Source: Iphione sp. A-MEVVRFRX5
Taxonomy: Eukaryota
Direction: 5' to 3'
Length of the DNA: 64,000 bases
Assembly (NCBI GenBank): GCA_976226885.1
Contig: OZ320314.1
Coordinates: 36,270,001 to 36,334,000 of the forward strand
The translations under genes were made by a program, and so were the position numbers. A model generated the notes under the pieces. The model worked only from the letters and a program-made list of their open reading frames with translations. It was not told the DNA's origin and ran no database searches. Numbering within the stretch: the stretch's first letter is position 1; every line of letters begins with the position of its first letter. Of the stretch, positions 1-12,375 are shown piece by piece.

Positions 1-3000
1 AGGTGACTGCAGAAAATTCCCTCTTTCACTTTAACATGATTAAATGACAAAAGGCCCATTCAAAGGGTAAAAAATAGGTTAACATATCATCTTTCAGAAA
101 AAGACAGGACAAGTTCGTCTTTTGCCTTATTAATGGTCTATTATTGCTTAATTAATTGTTTATGCGTAATTAAAAGGGCTAACAGAAACAAAGAACTAGT
201 ACTTAATAGCACCGGGTCCGTTTTCTTCACGGATGGCTTCTATCATGAAGGGTGTTATTCATAGTCAGTTTTCTCATCCAAGATTAAAAATAGCAGTTGT
301 CGAGCAAGCCTTCAAATAATATTTTGTTTAGTAGGCCATTAGTCCAGAGCCAATAACTATTCCCACTATCAATACAAAATGGAAAATAAATGCAAGCCTT
401 ACATCGAAGGCATACTTACATGGAAATATTTAAATGTATTTGTTGTCTTCATTTTCCAACGTAAAGTCCTGGATGTCCCTAGCTGTCGAAAACCAAGTTT
501 CCAGTTGTTCAATGCAGAAACCATTGGTTCCATTTAGGTATGCTTCCTGAGGCATGGCAACACTTTACCAATTAAATATACATAACTTTAGTATCATTAT
601 TTTAAAGTTCAGAGATGCGTAGACAGAAAATGTTAAGATGCAAATCCTGCAACCATATGCAGCCCAGAGGTCTGCAGGAGAGCAAAACGACCATTGAGTC
701 CCTCAACCAGCCTGAATGCATGGTGAAAGGCTTGTGTGTTCATAGTATCCAATGAACTGATCCGCATTTCATGATGATATTTACCCTCACACTAAAACAA
801 GATTCAAAACTGCTCATGTCACTTCATAGCAAAGTTCCCATAAATAGGAAATACAAGCCAAAATCTCTCCATCTAAACTCACCAGTTTATGAGAAGAGTA
901 CAATCGCTGCCCTACTCATTTATTATTCAAGTGATTATATCTTTATAACTGATGTTCTGGCAAACAGAGATCCGACTAGGCCACTCCTTATTCAGTCAAA
1001 CTACGGCACATGGCATTCAACATTTCATGGGTTAGACGACATAGCAGTCCTTACTGCTGGCAGAATCCAATTTAATTGGCAACAGTATTTTCAAATGATA
1101 TCCCACAGTATTAGAGGTGGCTCAGGGTAAAAATTTGAAAATAAGAATAATTAACGTCTTAAGTCATGTATGTAATCATATTGTGCGACGACGGAGATGG
1201 TAGGGATAACGAGTTATGGGTTAGAGCAACCAGTTGTGTGGTGTATTGCAATCAATTTTGTCATAGCACAGATGCTGTTGCCAATTATTTGAAAGAAGAT
1301 GTGTTCTAGGCACCTCAGTTAGAAACAGATAACAAAGACGGCGTTAGATCATCAAAACCCATCAATTAATTGGCTGGAATTTTGTGTGGAAGTCATTCGA
1401 TGTTAGATATTCGAATCCTTTATATATGGAGGGGTCACTTTGATATGTTATATCACAAACATCTACCCCGTGGAAGACGTCCACAAGGGACGACTGATAG
1501 GAGGTAGGTGCATTGGAGAGTCCCTTTAGGGATCTGGTAGGGCCCTAAAATATCCACCCAGCAAACAAACAGTGTGAGTATAATATTGCCACAATGTTGT
1601 AGTTTGGGTTATATGGGATATTACATATTAGGGCCTTTTGTGGCTATGTCATTTGTAACATAGGTCAATGGTTAGAGATTAACGGTGCAGTTATATAGGA
1701 AGAAAGTTGTCAAAAATCATCATATGAACACCAACATGTAAAATTGTGGCAATGTTAGAATAACTGTTGTAACAAGGTATGTAACCTCGTGATAACTATT
1801 TTTATTCGATTACCATTGGCCATTATGCGCCTCAGCATATTTTGAATCATGCCTGCTGTGCCTTGGTCATTTCATACCCTCTCTAATCTAGGTTCTATAA
1901 AGAGCAAAGCTTATTTATGATGTAAGCAGAGTCTGAACTAGACGAAATGACGAAGGTAAAAAATGACCATGGAGTGATACTTCTCAAGTGTAACATTATT
2001 GCTTGATCGGTCTCGGGCAAGCCAGGTCATGGCCTGGGAAGTGAGTTTCATCTGTTGGATGAACTGCATCTGATCAGTGTTTCTGCGCTAGAACCGCATA
2101 TAGGTTCACCATAGAGCTTTGAAATGTTGTATGCATATAGCCCTGTTTAGATCCCAGGTTGTCCCAACTTGATCGGCTTAGGCTAGGCAGACTGCTGGCC
2201 TGGGGACTGACATCCCCAACATGGGTATCTCCTTTAGGGCATAATACATGTAAAGAGATTTTCTGTGAAGGTGAATTTTAATAGTATATTTACGAGCTTC
2301 GATACCTGCTGCCTCCTGATGCGTACAGACTAGATCAGGTTTTCCAGTAGCACAAGGTGAAAGTCACAACAATGAGGGGGTGTGATCAAGTGATATGTAG
2401 ACCCATATATTTTTTTGTGATAAAGGAAGCAGCACATCTAAAATTGAATCATCTTAAAGGTTGTACATCTGTTTATTCAGAAATGATACATGTGTACTGT
2501 TTTCACCAATAAGGATGTCACTAAAAAAGAAGTCTCCAAGCTTGATAGTGACCCAATGTGTCGTTCGCACTTCGGCAAGAATTTAACCCATTTTATTACT
2601 ACCAGAGTATTTGTCTCTGGTTTTGTTCTTGGATGCTGGGATTGGTCCCGCTCCCAAGAATTCTGAATTCCCCTCTTGTTGGCAACTGGTGATCTTTTTG
2701 CCACCAGATCTCCTCGTTCAGCTGCTTCATTTCCCTCATGGTGGCCTTTCCCCCATTGACACGCAGGATCGGCAGAGATAAAAATCTACTTTGCATAGGA
2801 CACTCAATGGGAGGGAATAAATTAGATAAAGAAGCGGCCTGGCCACGAAATGAAAACCCAAAGTTTGACAACCCCCGGATTTCGCAACTTTTATTCAGAG
2901 ACTGGAGCCTCCTTCATAGAGAGCCAATCCGGCCCAGTTAAAAGCTGCTAAAGCGGCGCTTTTGGGCCCTTTTGGCCAAGTGGCCAGCTGTCTTCTCCGG

Positions 3001-6000
3001 ATTAACCTTCCAATTACTTCGATCCCTCCTCATGGACTGGGAACATTTTACGCCTTCCTGTCTAGGCTACAAGAAGCCACGTTCGATATCGTCTGCCTTC
3101 CCTTCTGACGTTGCTTTTCCTCCTGGTCCCCCCAGGTCCGTTATCAAGTCAACGTTTCTCAGTATCTTGAAAAGAAATTTATTTTTTTGTTACTCTGCAA
3201 GATAAAAGTCGCCTTCGATTGTCTCCCAAATCCCCAAAAGATATGCTTCACGCGCTCATGTGTTTATTCGGCCCATCTCATACTAATTATTAGAATGTGT
3301 ACATGGAATGCCTTGTAAGTACGACGCTTCTTTCTTCTGTTAATGGGCCCTACAAAATAGATATTATTGCACATTTCTCTGCTCTCTTTATTCTTTCTTC
3401 TTATTACATAATCCGGGTTGGATTACTCGGATTCTGTACATATGCTGCATGTGTCAGAGCAACAACCATTAAATTTACAACTAGCTTGAACCATGGAAAT
3501 CCATGGACAACATGTGGCTACCTAAACTTCCTGGGCATCACCTAGCAATGACGATAATACATAAGCTGAAAGGTTAGATTGAAATATCTGTACTTCTTTA
3601 CTTTATGTACAAGTAATACCTTCTAATTATGGACCATCAGGTTCATGTTTGCCTACCCCTTTAGGAGAGAGTTTCGAGATGAAAAAATAACCTTTAGATC
3701 AATGGATTCTAAATGATAAGAAATATGTTTGCTATATGGCACGTTAGATTCCTTTGATCAATAATCTTCACATAAATTTCCTTCCATAATTTGTCGAAAA
3801 CTTCCCATCCACATTGAGGTTCAGTGCAAATTATTGTTTCTTTGAAGGTCTGTGTTCAAAGAATGATACTAGCCTGGTAGCCGAGTTGGCTGCTGTAGAA
3901 CTATGCTCCTTTGCTTTCCAATCATCCTCAGGGACGATAGTTAATACAACATTAAGTAATAATGACCGCCGTTCCCTGTTACGAATGACCACGATCGGCA
4001 ACCATGAGCCATTGAACCTATGCTGCCGGCTGTCAGGTTCACAAATTATAAAAGCTCTACTACAAATTCGTATAATTCAGTGTTTTATTCTTTTCTAGTT
4101 ACCACTTCAATAAGTGATGTGCCTGTTTATCATGCAGGCTAAGACTCTTGTGTGAGAATTGTTATGCACTACTCTTAATCTGCTCTATGAAAGCTTACAA
4201 ATCGCATACATGTCATATTGCTATTGCTTTTATTGTATCAGAATATACAACTGGCGATTAACATGTTTTATATGATCCCTGAATCCCTGAATCTTCTGAT
4301 TTCATAAGAAGCTATTTTTCTAAGTTTTAAGCCATGATCTATTGTCCACTGGTGCTACAAATAATATATCTGCAACCTAGAGGACCTGTTTCAACATGAG
4401 CACAGAAACAGTGTTCAAAATGCGTTTATATGTATACACGTACTGTGGTTTGATATAAGTCTTAATTCAGAGACACGTTAAGGTCTCCTTATTAAAGAAA
4501 CACCCTCCCTCCGTCCGTTTCATATGACCTTCATCTTTCTTCAGACTCTTTAAAAATCTTTCATAATGCAAACAATATATCTAAATTACCAAACTCCTAG
4601 CGGTCCTGTACATGTATACGGCAATGCAACATCAACCATATTTGGCCTTCCAATTTGACCAAATAAGGCTAGTTCAATGTACGCCTCTGCTCCTCTCAAT
4701 AAGGTTTTGTATTAAACAGGAGAGCTACATTACACATCCTCGAAAGCCAGCAGGTTACAAGAAAGTAAGGAAAATAACGTCACTTTTAGAAAATCAAAGT
4801 TGACCGTTGGCTTTCGTATTTACTGTTGAATGGGGAACTTTAGGTGCCCTTTATGACTATTGTATACCGTTCTTAGTTTGCCCGGTCCACTTTCATAGGA
4901 CTTGAACATCACTCCCTTGTATGAAATGACAGCCACGATTTGTGTTCTTAGGAACATCAGATACAAAGGTAGATACACGATGCCTCAGTGGATGACTGGC
5001 CTCCTCATCGCCAGCGTCTGCGGGCCTCGGCGCATAAATAGGGTTAATAGCATAAGAGTAATACAATACAGGAAGAAATCACGGCTGCAAATCAGAGACA
5101 GCCATCTAGGGAGAGCTGCGAGCTCCCGCCATGGTTATTTCCGGCTGCTTTCTCTTAAGAGGATCTAAATTTTGACGACGCGTAAATTCACCGATGAATT
5201 TTGAAAGGCACACAAATGTTTGCTGAGTCATAGAAGGAAACACTTTACATCGAAGAGTGATAGATGCGGATTGATCGTGTTTCAAGCTCTTCGGCTCGCA
5301 CCCATTGCCTTCACGAGGCTATCATCCATCTCAGGGCCGTAAGCCGGCGACTTTCCCAGTGCTGGGAGATAAAACATGGTGTGACAGTCCTTGTCTGGCG
5401 CAAGGCAGTACTGATAGTTAAGCCATTGATTCGCCGCCTGAGCCTAGTTGCCGACACTTTGCGCTTGCCTTGGGACTTGATCAGTGTTAACTCGTTGGTT
5501 GATATTGTTTCGCGGCAGACCCTGGTTGGATAGACATGGTGACGAAGCGGGTGGGTATGAAGCTGAGTGACATTTTGGTGGCGTGGTGCGGTGTATTGAG
5601 TACTGATATTTTCGGGAGGACTGTGAGTCATGGGGGGTAATCGACAGCCTTTATGATGGATGCGTTTAGATTGTCAATTTTGAAATATACAAACTTTGAA
5701 AAAGCAAAGCGATGGTACATTACTTCCTCTTTGTTTCTATATAAAGAATTACAGACGCAACTACTCACTTCAATTTGCCTGGGAACGACTGCATGTACAA
5801 TGTTCCCTGTCTACTTTAGTCTTGGCTTAAGGTACGACACGACAATGTGAAAAGAGATACTCGTCCACCTGGAACAGATAGCTCAGAATACGACTGGTCT
5901 ACATTGTCGGCCTCGTATCGAAAAGCTGAATACGTTTCCTTAAATTACGTGCGAAGATGGATGTACTGCTTTCAGTTTGGATGCTTACATTTCCGCAATT

Positions 6001-9000
6001 TGTAATGACAACTACATGACACATTTCCAATTTCATTAGTCTTAGCTTTCATTAAGTTGTTACGTACTGATAAAAAAAACAAACCACTTACGTCAAACCT
6101 ATCCCGTTTGTTAAAATTCTATTGCAGAGTCATTGTTAAAACTGTCAATGGAATGCGGAATATCTGGGTGTATTTTCGTTCGAAAAGAGTAATGAAAACA
6201 ACAGTATTGGCAGTCTTCCTATCTGCTTTGTCCTAACAGATGATTTGGTACTTCTTATTGATGGATCAGGCTTCATATTAATCTGCCATGTTATTAGGTG
6301 TCTCGAGAAAAGTAAATGATCGATGGTCCGCCATTAGGTTTTGTATCTAATCCTCAGGTTTCTGTTGATGCTCCGCGGGAGTATCAACAAGTTCTTCCCG
6401 AAGACATCAACACCGTTGAACATGCTTTTCGTAATAAACAGTTCTCTGGCCGGAATGGCAAATAAGCAAGAGAAGCTGTTACGGCCCCAGAACGGCTGTT
6501 TCTCTCAGAGCAGGACACAGGGTCTTCCCACGATAATGAGTAAATGAAGTGAAAATTATCATGATTGCAATTTGGTTTTTCTTTACAAAGTCACTTATAT
6601 TACTTTAAGTTTTCATAAATTCGTTTATCCAACTTGGACTGAGATGTTCAACCAGAAACGTTGCCATTTCCAAGGCCAGCCTCCTAAAACGAAGTGGAAA
6701 CCCTGCAGTGAATGAGTACTGTTTTCTCATCAAATTTCACTCTTAGCCAATTACTGTCGAATTACGTCCACATTTGGTTTCCCCGACCAACATTTGTTTC
6801 CGCCTCATGACACCATTCACTTTAACGCTAGGCTTTTCCCGAAACTGCTGGCTTGGGCTGATTAGCGAATCTGAGCGGAGTGTTCATTGCTGCAAGCTTG
6901 GAGTTGGTATTGGGGATGATGGAGGGTTTGGTAGCGATCAGAGCAAATAAACCGTGGCCAGCGAGCTGCTCTCAGCAGAAGCCCGGGGAGCTCCGGGTCG
7001 GCAGTCTGTGATTAGAAAAGTAGAAATTCCTGTCGTCAATCGCCAATTGCTCAGACGGTTGCTGATTAGTCCACTGTCAATCAGTCCGTTTGCTGTCCCT
7101 CCGCTCAATCCAGTTGGATGTGCAGGAGCCGTCGCCCCCGCTCACTGGAAAATACGTCCTGAGCCCGAAAAGTCTGTCCGTAAAAAAAATGAAACCAAAA
7201 GCAGAAAATGCTTATTGAACAGTTGGCAAGATGGATGCGTCCCTTATCTACGACTGCAAATCTACACATGAAAATGAGGAATAACTACAAAGCTGATTTC
7301 CTTTTGACTTTTTTAACGTTTTCATTTCGGAATGATTTTACACGGAAAGCATTTCCACATTGCTCATGAAACCAACTTTTTAAATGCATTATTTTTTAAT
7401 TGTACAATGCACACAGACATTTAAGAATTTCACAGGCATTGAAAAATTATTTAGGAAATTTGACAAAATTGTATTTTTGCATTAGATAGGGAACAATATT
7501 TCAATAAGGAATTTGGCCTGGAAGAGGGGTAGCAGGTTTCAATATATAAACACCAGTTGCCAGCATGGGTCGTATGGGGAGTTCATTTGGGATAATTCCT
7601 TTTGATTTTTACTGCTTGTATCACTAAGGATAAGTACGTTCCATGGAATTACACTAAATATCATCTATTCGATTGTAAGGAGTAAGGTGTCCCCTTGTTA
7701 TGATAACGAAATGAGTTAAAATCGTTATTCATTGTGATAAGGTGCTGGAAGAGCAAGCCATTTAGGCTAAATTCTAAACAAGGATTTTTGATACCTAAAT
7801 ATGATCAAAATGGAAATGCAGTCATAACTAACTTTATTTTGTTCATTTTCAGGGAAAATTTGTAACAAGGCTTAATTGCCAGCATATTTGAAATACTAAT
7901 AATTTCATTTTGCGTCATGCAGCTAAATACATAAATAGGATTATTCATATATAATGCATACATAAATCAGGTTACCATAGCAAGAGAATTCCTATCTAAT
8001 CCAAAAATAAGAAATTTATCTCAATGACTGAAATCCTTTACAAAATATCTGAACTGATTCCGTGAAATAAATAAACATGCATGGTAAAGTGGGGTTATTT
8101 AAAGAATCACAGGTTTACATTTTAGAGTTTTACTGAGGATATTCAGATTGAAATTCCATCTTTTTGAATGAGTCGTTCTGAGAACCTTCGACCAGTATTT
8201 CAGCATTTAGAATGATTATCTTGTATAATTTGTGCACGAAATTATGTCTACAACTGTTCTTTAGTTATCATTGTTTCACTCTGGATTACCATTATTGTTT
8301 GCTGTATCTCATTTGATTTTCTGCCTCCTCAATATCTACGCAAAAAAAGGACTTAAAATATTTTTTAGAAAGAAAAGGAAGCTCGATGGAACACCTTGAA
8401 GAAGACATGCAGCCTTGATGTGCCAACAGTTCTTACTTTGTTCATCAGTGGGATCAACAAAAGCGTAGAAACAAGGATCACTTTCAGGCGTTACAAATAC
8501 GACAAATTACTTCCTCTCGGATGCGATTTGGTGCATCTCTTCACTGTTAATTTCTCTTTGCCAAAAATAATCTTCGTGACTCTCCACTTGTTTGCATTAC
8601 TTCTTAAATGCCCCTGTGCAACATTCATGAATTTGAGAAACAGATTCATGATTCCATTCATGATTTACACGAGGTATCTACATTCATCTGTCGGCTCTGT
8701 ACTTTCCCAGAACAGAGAGCCGATGCATGGGAAAGCTGATAATACTCTCATCAAAGAGAAAATTGTAAAACTTTGGTGCATGGCTAAAAATCCATGCGCA
8801 GCGACACGTATAGCGTTTGAGGAATGCGAATGCATATCGTATTTAATCAATTTCACCCTCGATCCATTTATGACAACTTTGATTTGTCATGAGTAACTGC
8901 CCTGTAGTACCATATCAAAGTTTTTTACACCTGCATAACCTTGGCAGCAGAGCCGTCTGCCCATACCATTTGGTTACAAGGCGAAAGTTTTTGATTTAAA

Positions 9001-10826
9001 CTGGAACTTCTGAGAAAAGCCTTGTCAGCACATAACGTTAAGCTTTTTAATAATACAGTTCTGTAGAACGGTAGGAAAAACCACAGTTCTGTACGTCAAA
9101 TGCATGACGGTTAAAACTGAATGGGAAACCAAAAATTCGTGATATCATTATGCAGTTCATCCAATTTTTTATATAGGTGAAATTATTTCCAGACCTCCAA
9201 TAATCCTGAATATCATATCCGCTTACGGTGTTTGACTATTCCAGCATTAGGCTGAATATTCATGTAAGTCTGTAGTATGTAGTGTGTTTTCATGGCCGTA
9301 ATGCCATGAGAAGTTCACACGGTGTTCATTGTATGCATAGCGATAAAATAGTAATAGAAACAGCATGGATCCTTGTGTCAACCTTGTACATTAGCATAGA
9401 ATCCATTTAATATATGCCTGAACACGTGTACACAAAGCCGTGAACATTTTGACTCTGACAACAGCAATCCGTACTGTCCGTACATCTATATCTTCACTGA
9501 ATAATGATACATGCCGCACGCAGTAGTTGCTATGGGAATTCGTTGCGTGTACTCCGCATTTCAGCTACAGTTGCACTGTATGTAAGGAATAGCCGCGGAA
9601 ACTGAAGTCTGAAATGTCTGTATGAACATATGTGCTCCACACTTCTATATGGAAGTACATTCTGCCTGACAGGTTTGCAACTAGTAGCTTTACTCTATTT
9701 GCTGTTACTTTCTGTGTATAGGAATACAAGACAGTAGTCTTGGTGTCCCGAAGCCATCCTACAGGGCTCCACGTGACGGAACCTCATTAGATCTCGGGTG
9801 ATTTCCAGATCCCATAGACCACCGGACTACTTCCTTACGTTTGAAATATAATGTGAAAAAAGAACACGTGCTTTAAAAACATGAGTTTTCACGTTGGTTG
9901 TCTGCTGGAACACCGACTCAAACTACGTCTCTCGGAATACTGGCAGTATCGTGACATATAGATTGATTGCCCGCGTGTCACCGGAACTTCTAGAAGCTCC
10001 CTGATTTTTCAGACCTGTGTAGTCGGTGACTCACAAGATTCTAATATGTCTCCCTTTGATACGTGACCTTTGGCTGAATCAGAGCTATGAGCAGACAAAG
10101 CGGACTGAGTGATATGCTATGTTCCTTTCATAACCATCAAAGGCGGACCTGATGTCGATGTGTGTGCGCTATCAGGTAGGAGGCGCCGCACGGAGCCACA
10201 CAGAGCACAACAGAACACTGGACGAGCTGAACAACTTACACGCCATTACCACTTTACTCTCCACCCATGAATTCTGGCTGTATTTTGATGGGTTTTTTTT
10301 CAAACCCAATGCAACCTCCCTGACTCTGGGAATGGAGTAGCTTCCAAAGACTCTTGGGTCAATGCTTGTCAGGGAAAAAAAACTTCTGTGGTTTCATTTT
10401 ATTTTGCTACTCCCTTTTTTGGATGGTGATAAAGTGCGCACTAACCCTCCCCTCCCGGCTCAAAGGTGCTCAGGATCTGTTCTTCAGCGGAGCTACAGCC
10501 GACACAAATTAAACCTTGTCTGATCTCAGACAGGGAACATCCTTTTGCCAATGACCGCACTCCTGTGCTACGCGTATTGGCCAGAGGAAATACAACTGTA
10601 CGGATAGAATGCTCACTACACTTAGGCAAAATAATTCCTTAATCAAAGCAAGGTAAAGCATAGTCGAAAACCACAATGCTTCCAGCCCTGTACCGCAAAG
10701 AATGTCCTAATTTTAGGACTTGTTTATGTTATATTCAGCAGTATTCCTGGCTCTCCTCTGTTCATGCTATGTCTGCATTATGGTCCACATGGAAAGTGGA
10801 ATGCTACCTTTATTGTGAATAAGGGT

Positions 10827-11168
10827 GGGGAGTTAGCTCAGTGGTAGAGCACTGGTCCACTGATTGAGAGGTCGCAGGTTCAATCCTGGGCTTGGTACTC
10901 CTGATCACGACCAGACAGATTTACTATAGCCCTAACCCAGAGTGGTCCACAATTCGTAAAAAAAGCTGTGTGTGTATAGGATTCTGTCCCCTATGCACAA
11001 AAAGAGCCCAGAAATCTATTCGAAGTAAGAGTAGGAGGTAACCCCTGGTATTCTGGTCTCTCAATTCTAAATAATAGATGGTAGTATGCTACCCAAGGAG
11101 GATATGGAAGAGCCCTGTCCTGATGATAGGTGAATATATTCCTGGTTAAAGATACAATGAAATAAAAA
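10827..11168 (+). mobile_element. tRNA-derived SINE, probably MetaSINE/MESC-like
   Basis: Pol III A box TAGCTCAGTGG (10834-10844) with a GCTC/GAGC D-arm and B box GGTTCAATCC (10877-10886), but no proper cloverleaf. The central segment gcacaaaaagagcccag...tcgaagtaagagtaggaggtaacccctggtattctgg (~10995-11056) resembles the Meta/MESC core as I recall it. The A-rich end near 11160 is an approximate 3' boundary. Confidence 0.75.
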
Positions 11169-12346
11169 GGAAGTTTTGTTCTTACAACAAACCCAGGCTG
11201 CACCTGAGCTGCAACAATTTTCTCTTTCTAATGACGTGGTTTCTGGTCGTACGATGCTTTTCTCGTAGGTGCTTTGATGGCAACGAACTCTACACAGACA
11301 TGAGAAAACACAAATGTGACTTTTATTTTCATATGTCAGAAAACAGTACCCATAATACTACTTCTCCCACATAATTGCAGCAATGTGAAATATTTATTCA
11401 TATACGGTAAGACCTAGCAATTGCAATACTGCCTAGTGCCAAATGATTGTACCTGAATAGTGAGGGTACTGAAATAGTGAGATGATGGTATAGCGAGGTT
11501 CCATCGTACATATACCCAAGTATACATATATATATATATGTCTGCATTGATAATATAGGCCTTATCAAATGTACATTGGCGTCAGTGTGGTTGTCTGTGA
11601 TAATGGGAAGAGTATTGAATGTACCACCAATACGGTCAGCTAAAAGAACTCATCACTATGATGACCTCTAGCATCGGATGTCTATGAATTCGTAAGAGCC
11701 CAACCATTCATTTATGAATGTTATATCGTTATACACCGCTGGGCAAAGGACGAGCACCTGCCAATATTCCGGTGAAGCTAATTTAAGCTGCCCTATGAAT
11801 GGATAACATCTCTGACATATAATATATATGCCACAATCGTCCAGATTTGGTTGCTGCCCCCTAAAGTATAGACGTCCGGGAGGTCCGTGGACGGTAAAAA
11901 ATCGCGGACTGGTTGAGAGGTGGCCGGCCTTCTGTTTCCAAGCTTGCTAGATGGCTGCAGTCAGGCCCCAGCCCTGTTTATGCTATCAGACCATAGGCAT
12001 TGGGCCCGTACACGAAAACGTCCTTCAGATCCAGCGGGAACGCCTCCTAATCACCTGTCAGGCAGGCCTGGTGGAGCTAGGTTTGTCAGGTGGTACCATA
12101 GGGGAATACCCCTCCATCCTCCCTGGCCCCAATCCCCTACTTCTCTGGCAGTATACATAGCTCCTTCACGGCGGGCCCGCGGGCGGATGGCTAAATTATT
12201 TATTGGCGTTAGACGCAGAGAGCCAAGGCAGAAACCATGGACGATGGAGTGACGCAGACCGTTCTGCAGGCAGCAGGCGAGGCATACGATGGCTCGGAGA
12301 CGATGGGAAAGTTTACTCGGCGCCGGTGCGGCGGCTAAGCAGTTAC

Positions 12347-12375
12347 GGGGTTCGGGGGTAGGGTTTGGGGTTGGG
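12347..12375 (+). other. Canonical G-quadruplex-forming motif
   Basis: GGGG-ttc-GGGGG-ta-GGG-ttt-GGGG-tt-GGG: five G-tracts with 2-3 nt loops inside a GC-rich region. Folding itself is not shown. Confidence 0.55.

Noticed and set aside
9213-9236. 14-nt exact match tcatatccgcttac shared with 35067-35080 (both read as minus-strand donors gtaagcggatatga)
   Set aside because: About 64000^2/2 divided by 4^14, roughly 8, such matches are expected by chance in this window, and the flanking candidate exons are not alignable.
10827-10900. Genuine tRNA gene
   Set aside because: The T-loop is 6 nt (GG-TTCAAT-CC), the anticodon stem barely pairs and no acceptor stem follows the T-arm. A SINE-type body follows instead.
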